From Candidatus Delongbacteria bacterium (GTDB lineage: Bacteria; CAIWAD01), in contig OY760505.1 of assembly GCA_963663545.1 (NCBI GenBank), positions 256,001 to 320,000 of the forward strand: a DNA stretch of 64,000 nucleotides. The letters are read 5' to 3'. Every line of letters begins with the position of its first letter. The first letter of the stretch is position 1. The notes below the pieces were generated by a model, which saw nothing but the letters and a program-made list of their open reading frames with translations, had not been told where the DNA came from and ran no database searches. The position numbers were made by a program, and so were the translations under genes. Positions 42,446 through 52,600 of the stretch are shown here, piece after piece.

Positions 42446-43072
42446 CTAACTCTTTTCCCGTTGCTCGATGGCCAAGGCCCTTTCACGAATCAGGCGCGAA
42501 ATTCCGGCGGCGCGCTCGGGGGGCATTGCCGCAAGGATTTTTGCGGCAGTTCGCTCTTCGATCTGCAGCAGAATGGCCGCCACGCTGCGATCGTCCATCT
42601 TCATCATAACGGGAGCCGCCTTGCGCGGCTGCATCGAACCAAAGACGCGCGAGAGGCGCGCGATGTCGCCGGAGGTCAGCTCCAGCTCGCGACGTTCCAT
42701 TTCATCTAGCTGTTCACGCAGGGAATCCAGCCGCGAGATCATGCGAGCGGTTGAATCCTGCATCATGGCCAACTGGGTATTCTTCTCGACGACGTGATCC
42801 ACCAACTCGCCAATGGCCATGCTCAGACTGTCGGCCAGAAGCGAATCCATGGCGGCCTCGTACAGCGGATTGGGCCGGTTCTGCTCCAGCTCCGTCTGCG
42901 TGGCCTCCAGCTCTTCCATGTTCTTCTGGAAAAAGAAGAACATCATCATGTTGATGATGGCCATCGAGGTAAAGAAAGCGCCGACGACCAGCAGAACTTT
43001 CCCACCCTTCTTCTTGCCACCCTTTTTCGGCGGCTCCTGAGCCTCGCCTTCAAGGCGTTCTTTTTCGGCCAT
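42446..43072 (-). CDS. MotE/YlxF/FlbB-like flagellar protein (TM, coiled coil, MgtE_N-like)
   Basis: FGSMQPRKAA…ILAAMPPERAA; usual position between fliJ and fliK. Confidence 0.7.
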   Translation of the reverse strand: MAEKERLEGEAQEPPKKGGKKKGGKVLLVVGAFFTSMAIINMMMFFFFQKNMEELEATQTELEQNRPNPLYEAAMDSLLADSLSMAIGELVDHVVEKNTQLAMMQDSTARMISRLDSLREQLDEMERRELELTSGDIARLSRVFGSMQPRKAAPVMMKMDDRSVAAILLQIEERTAAKILAAMPPERAAGISRLIRERALAIEQREKS

Positions 43073-43095
43073 TGCCGGCTCCTCGCGTGGGGCGA

Positions 43096-43602
43096 CTAGC
43101 GCCCGGACCGCTTGCTGCCTAGAGTTTTCGACTTCGCGCGCTCTTCGCCCGGTCGCGTGTGATCCAAACGCTGCCAGGCCTCGCGCAATCCGATATCATC
43201 CAATACGACCCGTTCGGCATGCGCTTCTTCGCGCAGCCAGGCTTCCTGCCATCGTTCGTGGAGGCGATCGAAAGCCTGCCGATCGCGGCCAGCCTCCACC
43301 AGTCGCTCGCGCGCCTTCTGCAGCGGCTCCTGTAGCAACTCCATCTTGGCTGAACGCCGACGGATATTCAGCTCCTGCCACTCCAGATACGCGTTCACCA
43401 GCGTCCAGCGATCTGAGGAAATTCCTGCCGCCATTTCCTCGCCGGCGCGCTCGTTCATCTCACAGAGCAATTGACGGGCCTCTTCCAGCGAACGCCGCTG
43501 GAGCTCCTGCTCCTGCAACAGTGCGCCCAGCTCGAGCTTGCGCTTTTTCTCGAGGCGCTCTTTGATGCGTTGCACACGCTTCAGCCGAAAACTGGCGCTC
43601 AT
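43096..43602 (-). CDS. fliJ: Flagellar export chaperone FliJ
   Basis: FRLKRVQRIK start, coiled coil, follows fliI. Confidence 0.8.
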   Translation of the reverse strand: MSASFRLKRVQRIKERLEKKRKLELGALLQEQELQRRSLEEARQLLCEMNERAGEEMAAGISSDRWTLVNAYLEWQELNIRRRSAKMELLQEPLQKARERLVEAGRDRQAFDRLHERWQEAWLREEAHAERVVLDDIGLREAWQRLDHTRPGEERAKSKTLGSKRSGR

Positions 43603-44957
43603 CGCGCGCCCTGGGCCTGCGTGCTACGCGCCGCGCTTTGTGCTTGCTGAGTCAGAAGGCGCAGTCCCTCAAGGGTGTCTGCGAAGCGTGTGCCCTCGTA
43701 CATATCCTGCTGTAGAAAGGTGCGAATGGATTCCATGCGACGTAGCGCTTCGTCCACATCGGGATCCGCCCCGCGCTGGTAGGCGCCGATCTGGATCAAA
43801 TCCTCCGCTTCCTGATGGGCGGCCAGCCAGCGCTGCAATCTGCGGCTGGACTGCAAGTGCTCGGCGTCGACCAGATCGGTCATGACGCGTGATACACTGG
43901 CCAAAGTGTCGATGGCCGGATAATGGCCGCGGTCCGCCAGTCGCCGCGAAAGCACCATGTGACCATCCAGGATCGAGCGGGCCGAATCGGCAATGGGATC
44001 GGTCATGTCGTCGCCATCAACGAGCACCGTGTAGAAAGCGGTAATGGCGCCGTGCTGGTCGCGACCGGTACGTTCCAGCAGCGAAGGCAGCAGCGCAAAA
44101 ACCGAAGGCGTGTAGCCCTTTGTGGTCGGCGGCTCACCCGCTGCCAGACCAATCTCCCGCTGCGCCATGGCCACACGCGTGAGACTGTCCATCAGCAGCA
44201 GCACGTCCAACCCACGATCGCGGAAGCTCTCCGCCAGTGCCGTGGCCATTTGCGCGCCGCGCCGCTTCAGCAGCGGTGCCATGTCGCTGGTAACCACGAC
44301 GACCACGCTGCGCGCCAGACCCTCAGGCCCCAGGTCGCGCTCGATGAACTCGCGCACTTCGCGACCGCGCTCGCCGATGAGCCCGATCACGTTGACCTGC
44401 GCACTGCTCATGCGCGAAATCATGCCCAGCAGCACACTCTTGCCCACACCCGCACCAGCAAAGATGCCGACGCGCTGGCCGCTGCCGCAGGTGAGTTGAG
44501 AATCGATGGCGCGAATTCCGGTGGACAGTACCTGGTCGATACGCGGGCGACTGAGAGCTGCGGGTGCCAGGCGATGCAGCGGAACGGATTCCACTGTCGC
44601 CAAGGGCCCCAAGCCATCCAGTGGCCTGCCGAGCGGATCGATAACGCGGCCCAGGAGCTGCATGCCCGCAGGCACCGTGGGCGGCAGCGGGCTGCGTCTC
44701 ACTGTATCACCAGGACTAATTCCCGTCAAATCGCCCAAGGGCATCAGCAGTGTGTTACCGGCGCGAAAGCCGATGATCTCGGCCTCAATGCTGCCGCCGT
44801 CACGGGCGCGCTCGATGCGGCAGGCGTCGCCCAGACTGCCCTCCGGGCCACGACTCTCAACCACCAGACCCGTGACACGATCCACGCGACCCAGCAACGG
44901 CCAGGCCTGCTGGTGGATCACGCTCTCGTAGAGCCCGCTCAGTGCCAGCTCGCTCAC
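43599..44957 (-). CDS. fliI: Flagellar export ATPase FliI
   Basis: GIFAGAGVGKS, GERGREVREF, DSLTR, GEPPTTKGY, GHYPAID. Confidence 0.97.
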   Translation of the reverse strand: MSELALSGLYESVIHQQAWPLLGRVDRVTGLVVESRGPEGSLGDACRIERARDGGSIEAEIIGFRAGNTLLMPLGDLTGISPGDTVRRSPLPPTVPAGMQLLGRVIDPLGRPLDGLGPLATVESVPLHRLAPAALSRPRIDQVLSTGIRAIDSQLTCGSGQRVGIFAGAGVGKSVLLGMISRMSSAQVNVIGLIGERGREVREFIERDLGPEGLARSVVVVVTSDMAPLLKRRGAQMATALAESFRDRGLDVLLLMDSLTRVAMAQREIGLAAGEPPTTKGYTPSVFALLPSLLERTGRDQHGAITAFYTVLVDGDDMTDPIADSARSILDGHMVLSRRLADRGHYPAIDTLASVSRVMTDLVDAEHLQSSRRLQRWLAAHQEAEDLIQIGAYQRGADPDVDEALRRMESIRTFLQQDMYEGTRFADTLEGLRLLTQQAQSAARSTQAQGAR

Positions 44958-45691
44958 GCCTCGTCCTCGGTAGCGGGACGTCGGACAATGGCCGCCAACG
45001 CCTGTTCCTCGAGATGGGCGAGCATTTCAGCAGGCAGTGTGTCGACGACGCCGTGCGCCAACTCCAGACGGCAGGAGCCCAGTGGGATCTCGGGACTCGC
45101 TACCCATTCAACACGCCCCTGCAAGCGCTGTCTAAGCTGTTCCATGCCAGGGTCCGCACTCAGACGACGGCGGTCCTCGGGGTGCAGACGAAAGCGATAC
45201 ACGTCCTCGCCCGCCCAGTGCTCCACCAGCTCGCGCACTTGACGCCCCAGCAACTGTTCGTCCAGCGGCAGTTCGCGCGCCAGCACACGTTCGGCCATCC
45301 AGCGCACCAGGCGCACCAGCTCACGATCTGCATCACGGTGATACTCGCCGGCTGCACGACGGAACTCCGTCTGCATCAGCGCAATCAGGCTGAACTGCTC
45401 GCGCATCTGCGCCAGCATTTCCTCGCGTCCCTGCTCGCGTCCCTCCTCGAGGGCCTGATTGGAGGCGGCCTCGAGACGACGATCCTCTTCAGCGGCCATC
45501 TCCGCCAGACTGGCCATCAGGCGACGATTATCCTCCTGCAAACGCTCGATGCGGCGCTGGTAGACGCGCATGGCGGTGCGCTCGCGCTCGCTGGCTTCGG
45601 GCATGCGCTGTGTGACACGCACTTCCTCAGGGCTTGCGGTATCGACGTAGCTCGCGCCTCCGGCTCGTATGCGGTCGGCGGGAATGATCAC
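44954..45691 (-). CDS. fliH: Flagellar assembly protein FliH
   Basis: GxxxG (EGREQG), RLHPED, GSCRLE; between fliG and fliI. Confidence 0.8.
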   Translation of the reverse strand: MIIPADRIRAGGASYVDTASPEEVRVTQRMPEASERERTAMRVYQRRIERLQEDNRRLMASLAEMAAEEDRRLEAASNQALEEGREQGREEMLAQMREQFSLIALMQTEFRRAAGEYHRDADRELVRLVRWMAERVLARELPLDEQLLGRQVRELVEHWAGEDVYRFRLHPEDRRRLSADPGMEQLRQRLQGRVEWVASPEIPLGSCRLELAHGVVDTLPAEMLAHLEEQALAAIVRRPATEDEA

Positions 45692-45704
45692 AATGCGCTC
45701 CTGA

Positions 45705-46727
45705 TTAGACCATCACATCGCTGTTGTCGGAGGTACGGCTGATATGGATCTGGCCCTCCTCCTCGAGGCGACGGATGACGTCGACGATGCGCTGCTGCAC
45801 CTCTTCCACTTCGCGCAGACGCACCGGCGGCATGAATTCGAGTTCTTCGCGGATCATCTCGGCGGCACGGCTGGAGACGTTGCCCAGCATCTTGTCCGCC
45901 AGATCCGAGGTACAGGCCTTCAGCGCCAGCGTCAAGTCCTTGTTGTCCACCTCGCGCAGCACCTGCTGAATGGTGCGATCGTCCATGTTGATGATGTCTT
46001 CGAAGACGAACATCAGGTTCTTGATTTCGGCGGACAGATCCGGATCCTCGCGCGAAATGCCCTGCAGCACGCTCTTCTCCACACTCGAACCCGTCAGGTT
46101 GAGGATGTCGGCGGCCGCCTTTACGCCACCCAGCACCGAACCCATGGCGCTGAAGTCGATGCGGCTCTCGAGCACGCGCTCGACGCTCTGGATGGTTTCC
46201 GGTGATACACGCTCCATCTTCGAGAAGCGCAGGAGCGCCTCCGTGGCGATGTCCGTGGGCAGATTGGCCAGAATGTCGGCCGCCTGGGGCGGACTGAGCT
46301 GAGTCAGCACTAGCGCGATGGTCTGGGGGTGTTCACGCTGCAGGAAGCTCAGCAGCTCGCTGGAGTCCACATCTTTGAGCACGTTGAAGCCCTTGATTTG
46401 CAGACTGGCTTTCACTCGCTTGATGATGTCGATGGCCCTCATTTCGCCCAGTGCGCTCTGCAGCACATTCTGAGCGTAGTTCATACCGCCTTCCTTGATG
46501 TAGTCGGAGGCGAGAACCATTTCGTAAAAATCCTCTTCGGATGCACTCAAAACATCGGCGGGCATGTTTCCGAGCTGGATGATCTCCTTGGTGATCAGCT
46601 CCACTTCGTCGTCTTCGAGGTGCTTGATCACTTCGGTGGCCGACTCGGGACCGATGCTGATCATGAAAGCGGCCGCCTTCTGGATGCCGCTAAGTTCCTC
46701 GTACTGGGTCAGTCTGTCCTGTGACAT
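45705..46727 (-). CDS. fliG: Flagellar motor switch FliG
   Basis: QKAAAF, EHPQTIA, GGVKAAA, MFVFED, Q…IVDVIRRLEEEG. Confidence 0.97.
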   Translation of the reverse strand: MSQDRLTQYEELSGIQKAAAFMISIGPESATEVIKHLEDDEVELITKEIIQLGNMPADVLSASEEDFYEMVLASDYIKEGGMNYAQNVLQSALGEMRAIDIIKRVKASLQIKGFNVLKDVDSSELLSFLQREHPQTIALVLTQLSPPQAADILANLPTDIATEALLRFSKMERVSPETIQSVERVLESRIDFSAMGSVLGGVKAAADILNLTGSSVEKSVLQGISREDPDLSAEIKNLMFVFEDIINMDDRTIQQVLREVDNKDLTLALKACTSDLADKMLGNVSSRAAEMIREELEFMPPVRLREVEEVQQRIVDVIRRLEEEGQIHISRTSDNSDVMV

Positions 46728-46730
46728 GGC

Positions 46731-48290
46731 TCAGGCCTCCAGCAGCCAGGTGCGCACCAGGCGGGCTGCTTCTTCGGGACTTTCCTTGCAGAACTCCATC
46801 ACCTTGCGGTGCGTGCGAATCAGCTGCCGCTGTTCGGGCGAACGCTGGTTCTCCGCCTCGGCGGAAAGCGGCATATCGTCCTCGGGTTCGTCGCCACTGC
46901 GACCACGGGCGCTGGCCAGAATCAAGGCACGCTTGTCGTCGAAGGCCACGCTGATGCTGCGATTGACGCGCACCACCACGTTGCGCAGCGTGATCAGAAA
47001 GACCACGATGCCAACCACAAAGATGATCTTGCGCAGAATATCCACACCGATGTTCTGGTACTGCATGCGACGCAGGCCGCTCATTTGGTCTTCGCGCTCG
47101 CTATTGTCGAAGGCGATGTTCATGGCGCTGATTTCGTCGCCGCGTGAGGCACTGAAACCGACGGCGGCCTTGAGCACATTGCCCAGACGCGCCATCTCGT
47201 CATCGCTGCGCGGCATGTAGGTCATGACCTGATCGCCGTCCTGCTCTACTTCCACGTAGGTGCCGTCCACCACCAGGGATACCGTGATACGTCGCAGGGC
47301 GCCCTGCTGGCCACGACTGTGCTCGAGGATCTCGTTCACCTCGTAATTCGTGATACGCCGCTCCTGATTGGTGGCGCTGGTATCCTGGGCGGTGCTGCTC
47401 TCTTCGTTGCTCTCCTGACTGCGCACGCTGCGCTTCTCAGGATCGAAGAGGCGGCTGGTGCGCTCGAGATAGGTGAAGTCCAGCTCTGCGGCCACGCGTA
47501 CTACACTGCGACCGGCGCCCAGCACCTGGTCCATCACCTGCTGGCCGGCGCGGGTCAGATAGGCATCGACGCGGCGATTGAGCTCGAGCTGCTTGTTGGT
47601 GACGGTGAAGAACTCGCTCTGGTCGCTGGCCTCGTTGAGCAGACGGCCACGGCTGTCCACGACGGTGACACGCGTGGGATCCAGGTTTTCGACGCTGGCG
47701 GCCACCAGCGCCACCACGCTCTGCACTTCGGCAGCGGGCGCCTGGGCTCCGACGGTGACCAGTGTGACGCTGGCGGTAACGGGCACGTCCTCGTCGCTGA
47801 AGAGGCTGGGTCGCGGCTGCACGATGTGTACGGTGGCGGCCTCGATCCAGTCGAGGGCGGCCAGCGTGCGCGCCAACTCGCCCTCGAGCGCGCGCTTCTG
47901 CATCATCTCCAGTTCGCGATCGCTGATGCCCAGTCGCTGCTGATCCAGCAGCTCGTAACCCGCGATGGGTTTGTGCGGACCTCCGTCGGCGGCCAGTTTG
48001 ATGCGCAGACGGTAGAGCTCGCTGCGGGGCACCATGACCGTACCGCCGCCCGCCGTCAACTTGTAGGGCACCTTCTGCGCTTCGAGGCTCTCCACCACCT
48101 TGCCGGCTTCGGCCTCCGCCAGGTTCGAGTAGAGGGGCGCCCAGTCGGGCTGGCTGGCCCAGACGCCCAGCAGCACGATCAGCACCAGACCGCCCACCAG
48201 CGCGGCGCCCGTCAATACCAGGCGCACGCGACCAGGGCCGTTCCAGCTCTCGCGCACATAATCCAAAAGGCTTTGTAGGAACTTGGGCAC
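46731..48290 (-). CDS. fliF: Flagellar MS-ring FliF
   Basis: LYSNL, GYELLD, RALEGELARTL, TVVDSRG, NYEVN, RGDEI, two TM segments. Confidence 0.95.
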   Translation of the reverse strand: MPKFLQSLLDYVRESWNGPGRVRLVLTGAALVGGLVLIVLLGVWASQPDWAPLYSNLAEAEAGKVVESLEAQKVPYKLTAGGGTVMVPRSELYRLRIKLAADGGPHKPIAGYELLDQQRLGISDRELEMMQKRALEGELARTLAALDWIEAATVHIVQPRPSLFSDEDVPVTASVTLVTVGAQAPAAEVQSVVALVAASVENLDPTRVTVVDSRGRLLNEASDQSEFFTVTNKQLELNRRVDAYLTRAGQQVMDQVLGAGRSVVRVAAELDFTYLERTSRLFDPEKRSVRSQESNEESSTAQDTSATNQERRITNYEVNEILEHSRGQQGALRRITVSLVVDGTYVEVEQDGDQVMTYMPRSDDEMARLGNVLKAAVGFSASRGDEISAMNIAFDNSEREDQMSGLRRMQYQNIGVDILRKIIFVVGIVVFLITLRNVVVRVNRSISVAFDDKRALILASARGRSGDEPEDDMPLSAEAENQRSPEQRQLIRTHRKVMEFCKESPEEAARLVRTWLLEA

Positions 48291-48304
48291 GGTTCAACTC
48301 CGCC

Positions 48305-48649
48305 TTAGATCTGCATTCTCATGACTTCCTGGTAGCCTTCCATCAGCTTGTTGCGGACCTCCACCAGAAAGCGGAAGGAGGTGCTGGCCTTTTCCATGGC
48401 CAGCATGGCGTCGTGGACATTCTCCACTTCGCCAGCGATGAAGCGCGCAGACATTTCGTCGCTGTTCACCTGCTGCTCGTTGACCGATTCCACCACCTTC
48501 TTCATGGTGTCGGTGAAGCTCGGCCCGTCGACGCTGCTGCTGCCTTGTGATACACCGGTGCCACTCGTTCCCGTGCGGATTCCGGCGGTCTCGTTGCGGT
48601 AGCCGGAAAGCAGCTGGTTGAAGCGTTCGCTGGGACTGATTACCGCCAT
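48305..48649 (-). CDS. fliE: Hook-basal body protein FliE
   Basis: HDAMLAMEKA…VRNKLMEGYQEVMRMQI. Confidence 0.95.
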   Translation of the reverse strand: MAVISPSERFNQLLSGYRNETAGIRTGTSGTGVSQGSSSVDGPSFTDTMKKVVESVNEQQVNSDEMSARFIAGEVENVHDAMLAMEKASTSFRFLVEVRNKLMEGYQEVMRMQI

Positions 48650-48650
48650 A

Positions 48651-49151
48651 CTAGATCTCCAGAGCCTTGGCAGCCATTTCCTTGGCGGCCTGAATCGCCG
48701 TCAAGTTCGCCTCGTAAGCGCGACTGGCCGCAATCAAGTGCGTCATTTCTTCCACCAGATTGATGTCGGGATAGGCCACATAGCCGTTCTCGTCCGCGTC
48801 GGGATGGTCGGGATCGAACTCCATGCGCGGCTTGCGGTTCTGGGTCTGAATCTCCGCCTGGACGCCGTGCAGGGATTCGGGATAATCGCCCGCCTCGGTG
48901 GAGTTGATGTGATCCGGATGCGTGGTCAGGATCTCCACGCCCTCACGCTGCTCGGGATCGAAGTACTCCTGCTGCAGCTCGCCCTCGCGCATGGTGGTTA
49001 CCAGCGGCTGAAAGGGACCGCCGTTGGCGCCGCGCGTGGTGTGCACGTTGGCGATGTTCTCGCTGATGGCGTCCATGCGGCGACGCTGGGCCTGCAGCCC
49101 GCTGCGGCTGATGTCCAGATTGAAGAAAGCGGTGGGGTCCTGAATCTTCAT
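48651..49151 (-). CDS. flgC: Basal-body rod FlgC
   Basis: SGLQAQRRRMDAISENIAN, DPDHPDADENGYV, ASRAYEAN. Confidence 0.96.
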   Translation of the reverse strand: MKIQDPTAFFNLDISRSGLQAQRRRMDAISENIANVHTTRGANGGPFQPLVTTMREGELQQEYFDPEQREGVEILTTHPDHINSTEAGDYPESLHGVQAEIQTQNRKPRMEFDPDHPDADENGYVAYPDINLVEEMTHLIAASRAYEANLTAIQAAKEMAAKALEI

Positions 49152-49167
49152 TCTCTACACCTTGTGA

Positions 49168-49596
49168 CTAGTCCTGACCGGTGATGGCCAAACGCAGACT
49201 GCTGAATTTCTCTTGTGTCACACGCGTCTCAAAACGCCAGGTGAGCATCACACGCGCCAGCTCGGTCATTTCGCGGTCGATGTCGATGTTGTTGTGGCCG
49301 TTGAAATAGTCGGTGTTCTCGTCCACCGACAGCTTGGCCTGCACCACCTCGGCGTCGCCCGGGTGCGGCAGATGCTCGGGATGCGTGCGGGAAATCTCGC
49401 CGGAACGGTTTTCCTCCAGCGCTTCCTTCAGCTGCTCCTCGAATTCCACCACGCGACGCTGATAACCGTCCACTTCGGCGTTGGCCACGTTGTTGGCAAT
49501 GGCCTTCTGACGCAGCGCGGCCGCGTCCAGCGCGCTGTCCAGCAGGGGCAGCAGGCTGCGGCGGAAGAGCAGGTTGTCGCTGATTTCGTTCATCAT
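49168..49596 (-). CDS. flgB: Basal-body rod FlgB
   Basis: RQKAIANNVANA, NNIDIDREM; first gene of the operon. Confidence 0.93.
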   Translation of the reverse strand: MMNEISDNLLFRRSLLPLLDSALDAAALRQKAIANNVANAEVDGYQRRVVEFEEQLKEALEENRSGEISRTHPEHLPHPGDAEVVQAKLSVDENTDYFNGHNNIDIDREMTELARVMLTWRFETRVTQEKFSSLRLAITGQD

Positions 49597-49654
49597 TCTC
49601 TCCAGGAATTCCGGTCCACGATTGCCCACGGGACCATGATCCGCGATGCTTTCG

Positions 49655-49669
49655 GCAATTCCTGTGCCA
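49655..49669 (-). promoter_or_regulatory. Sigma54 promoter of the flgB operon
   Basis: Minus strand TGGCAC-AGGAA-TTGC, a perfect -24/-12 consensus ~60 nt upstream of flgB. Confidence 0.85.
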
Positions 49670-49730
49670 TGTAGCTAAGGCTAGGAGAATTCTGGTGTAA
49701 GTTCCGGAATGCAGAACTTCAGGAGTGGTG

Positions 49731-51126
49731 GATAGGGGGGCGTGCTTGCCCCCCTATGGAATTTGTTTCCCCCCGCTCAAATCGGTATCGGTGCCGACCC
49801 TGCGGGTCGGATCGCTATCGGTATCGAGGCATTGCCGTGCAGCCAGCCGTATGTATCCTATGGACGAAGGCGTGCTACTCTGTGGAACGACGCTGACAGC
49901 TGAGTTCATTTGCACGACTTCGTCGAGGTCACGTGCGCAGCGCGTGACACGCCTAGCGGCGGGGCTCTCGTCTGCGACGCAGCGAAAGAGCACCGCCGAC
50001 GCGGTGCAGGACCTACTTTTCTTTGTCGCAACAAAGAAAAGTAGGGCAAAAGAAAATGCTCGGGCTCTCCGACCCGAGGACGCTTGTCCGCTGGACAACC
50101 GCCGCGGGCGGGTACCATATGCTTGCAGCAGGGCTACGCTCATGTGTTCACACCTTCGGTGTTCACTTATGGCCTTACGGCCATTTGGGTGTGTCTGCTA
50201 TAGGGATGAGTGGCTGTATGGTTGAAGAATCGGGGCCGATTCTTCAGCCTCTTCTGACGGGAAGCCCAGTGTACACTATGGACGAAGACCCGCAATTTAG
50301 CGGAGTTGCAAATACGGTCGCACGAGATGCGGGGCTTCGTCGAGGTGCTGACCGCATAGCGGGCAGCACACCTGTATGGCTGAAGAATCGGCAGCCGATT
50401 CTTCGGCTTCTCTTCGACAGGAAGCCATTGTACACTGTGGGCGAAGACGTGCAGTTTCGTAGCGATGAGATTGCAGCAATTCATGATGCACGGGTTCGCC
50501 GAGGTGTTTTGCGAAGCAAAACACACGCGGGCGGGCACCATTTGATGGCTGAGGGGCTACGCTCATGTGTTCACAACGTAGGGCAGAATTCGCAAAGCGG
50601 ATTCTGCGAGCGACTTGACCCGAAGCAAAGCTAAGGGGCAAGTCGACGTTCACCTCTGGCCTAACGGCCATCTGGGTGAGCTGGCTTAGGGGTAGAGTGG
50701 CTGTATGGCTGAAGAATCGGCAGCCGATTCTTCGCCTTCTCTTCGACAGGAAGCCATTGTACACTGTGGGCGAAGACGTGCAGTTTCGTAGCGATGAGAT
50801 TGCAGCAATTCATGATGCACTGGTTCGCCGAGGTGTTTTGCGAAGCAAAACACACGCGGGCGGGTACCATTTATTGGCTTCTGGGCTACGCTCATTTGTT
50901 CACACCTTCGGTGTTCACTCTTGGCCTAACGGCCATCTGGGTGAGCTGGCTTAGGGGTAGAGTGGCTGTATGGCTGAAGAATCGGCAGCCGATTCTTCGG
51001 CTTCTCTTCGACAGCAATCATTGAAGGCCAGGAGGAGATTTCTCGCGAATTCGCAGAGCGGCGCAAGCGGCTCAAACTGAATGCGAGGAATCTCCGAGGT
51101 GTCGAGCACGTCGTGCTCGACACACG
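49731..51126. repeat. Left mosaic hairpin element (non-coding, with internal direct repeats)
   Basis: Hairpins gaagaatcggcagccgattcttc, gtgttttgcgaagcaaaacac, gcagaattcgcaaagcggattctgc, tactttctttg-type; ~200-bp duplication (about 50373 and 50700) and ~90-bp duplication (about 50657 and 50922). Confidence 0.85.
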
Positions 51127-51129
51127 AGT

Positions 51130-51534
51130 TCAATGCTTGAGCAGTTGCTTCAAATCGATGGTGCTTGCAGGGAAAGCGGCAAGCAGACCTTTGTCGGACG
51201 TGAAGAGGGGCACTTCCAGGCGCCGGGCCAGGGTAAGAAACTCGCAGTCGTAGGCCGGGCACGCGGATTCGTCGACACAGGAAAGCACATCAGCCGAGGC
51301 AGGCTCGTACTCCCCGCCGCTCATCAGTTCTTCCGCCTCCGTCATGAGTTGCAGAGCGGCACTTCTGCTTAGCTGACCGCCGCGCATGTACTGCGCAAGT
51401 ACGTTGCGGAACTCGCTGCGCCACAGCAGGGGAGCAAGCCAGTGGGAATCGCGCATGAACAGGGCTTCCGCATGAGGTGTGTACTCGCCCTCAATCAGCA
51501 GATAGGCAATCACATTGGTGTCCACGACAATCAT
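51130..51534 (-). CDS. vapC: PIN-domain VapC-type toxin
   Basis: IVVDTNV, SEFRNVL, AYDCEF, LFTSDK. Confidence 0.9.
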   Translation of the reverse strand: MIVVDTNVIAYLLIEGEYTPHAEALFMRDSHWLAPLLWRSEFRNVLAQYMRGGQLSRSAALQLMTEAEELMSGGEYEPASADVLSCVDESACPAYDCEFLTLARRLEVPLFTSDKGLLAAFPASTIDLKQLLKH

Positions 51535-51773
51535 GAGCGCCCCTGCGTACGCGCCTGGTCCAGTAGCTCCTGGGTCAATGCGGGCAGTTTGCGCCGACTA
51601 CGAGCGGCCGCCAGACGCTCGAGCAGCTCGTGCCTGCCCGAGGGACACGACCCCAGCGATGTGCTCAAGCGGTATAAGATTTCTCCTGCAATGCTGCGGT
51701 AGTTGGCTTGGGCACTGAATCTGATCCTCTCATACAAATCGTCGGGAATGTTCTTCAAGGTGATGGCTGGCAT
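51531..51773 (-). CDS. Ribbon-helix-helix (Arc/FitA-like) antitoxin
   Basis: MPAITLKNIPDDLYERIR…A..N.RS…EI; ATGA overlap with the toxin gene. Confidence 0.85.
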   Translation of the reverse strand: MPAITLKNIPDDLYERIRFSAQANYRSIAGEILYRLSTSLGSCPSGRHELLERLAAARSRRKLPALTQELLDQARTQGRS

Positions 51774-52048
51774 AGACGGCCTCGTGGTTCCATTTCGGTT
51801 GTGATTCGGAACCTAGTTTCAGCCTTGCACAAACACAAGCTACTTCCGCCTTGCTGGATTCCCTCCAGTATTTGGTCCTGAGGAAGGGGACGAGATCGTG
51901 GTGTCAGCGAACCTGCACACTTTTCTGCTCTCGTTCACCTGTTCTTTCTCATGACACGAGCGGGGCAATGGATCGGTATCTCTTTCGGCAGTGGTTTCGA
52001 CTTCCCGGAACACGTGGTCTACCGGCAATTTGGAGAAGTTGGCCGTTG

Positions 52049-52448
52049 TCAAAGCTGCGCCAGCCATTGTTTAACCAAACTTTGGATATACTCGCACTTT
52101 GCGACTGCATCCGAGTCAGACGCAAACGAAATGATGCAGCGATCCTTCGCTACCCACTTCACTAAACCCAAAACCCAGCGAATCATCCAACTGGAATTGC
52201 ACTGAATTGTCCTTGGTCTTTGCACCTCTATGAAGGATGAGCTGGAACATAGCGCCTGGATGGATCCGAAACGTTGCAAAGTGATCATCAAGGTAGAAGC
52301 TTGGAGCATTCCATTTCACTTCTTCTTGAATTCTCGTGTCTATGCCAAGAACTGCAATGCGTAGTGCTTCAATGCCCTTCTTGTACGGGTGCTGCAAGGC
52401 TACAAGGAATTCTTCAACTGACGAGGATTCTGACTTCTTCTTTGCCAT
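52049..52448 (-). pseudogene. DUF1801/YdhG-like cassette gene frameshifted by a 7-bp duplication
   Basis: EEVKWNAPSF, LILHRGAK; AAACCCA duplicated at 52164-52177; removing one copy gives …DDSLGLVKWVAKDR…VKQWLAQL*. Confidence 0.75.
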
Positions 52449-52468
52449 CGATCATCTCATGTGTTGTT

Positions 52469-52600
52469 GGCTAACGTCGGCTTCTGCGGCACACGGCTAG
52501 TGGGTGTCGACTCGAAGCGAGTCGGGCGACGCTTGCGTCGCAAGATCTACGGGTTCGCGAAGCGAACCGGCTTTCGCTGAACCGTAACTTATGCATGCTC
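52469..52600 (-). mobile_element. Degenerate or partial attC site
   Basis: GGCTAAC (GTTAGCC on the minus strand) just upstream of the DUF1801 start, followed by GCGAAGC-type hairpins; the matching R'' arm is not clearly found. Confidence 0.5.

Noticed and set aside
49725-51262. Short ORFs inside the mosaic elements (also 61773-62835)
   Set aside because: Overlapping frames arising from palindromic non-coding repeats; no transposase or other motifs.
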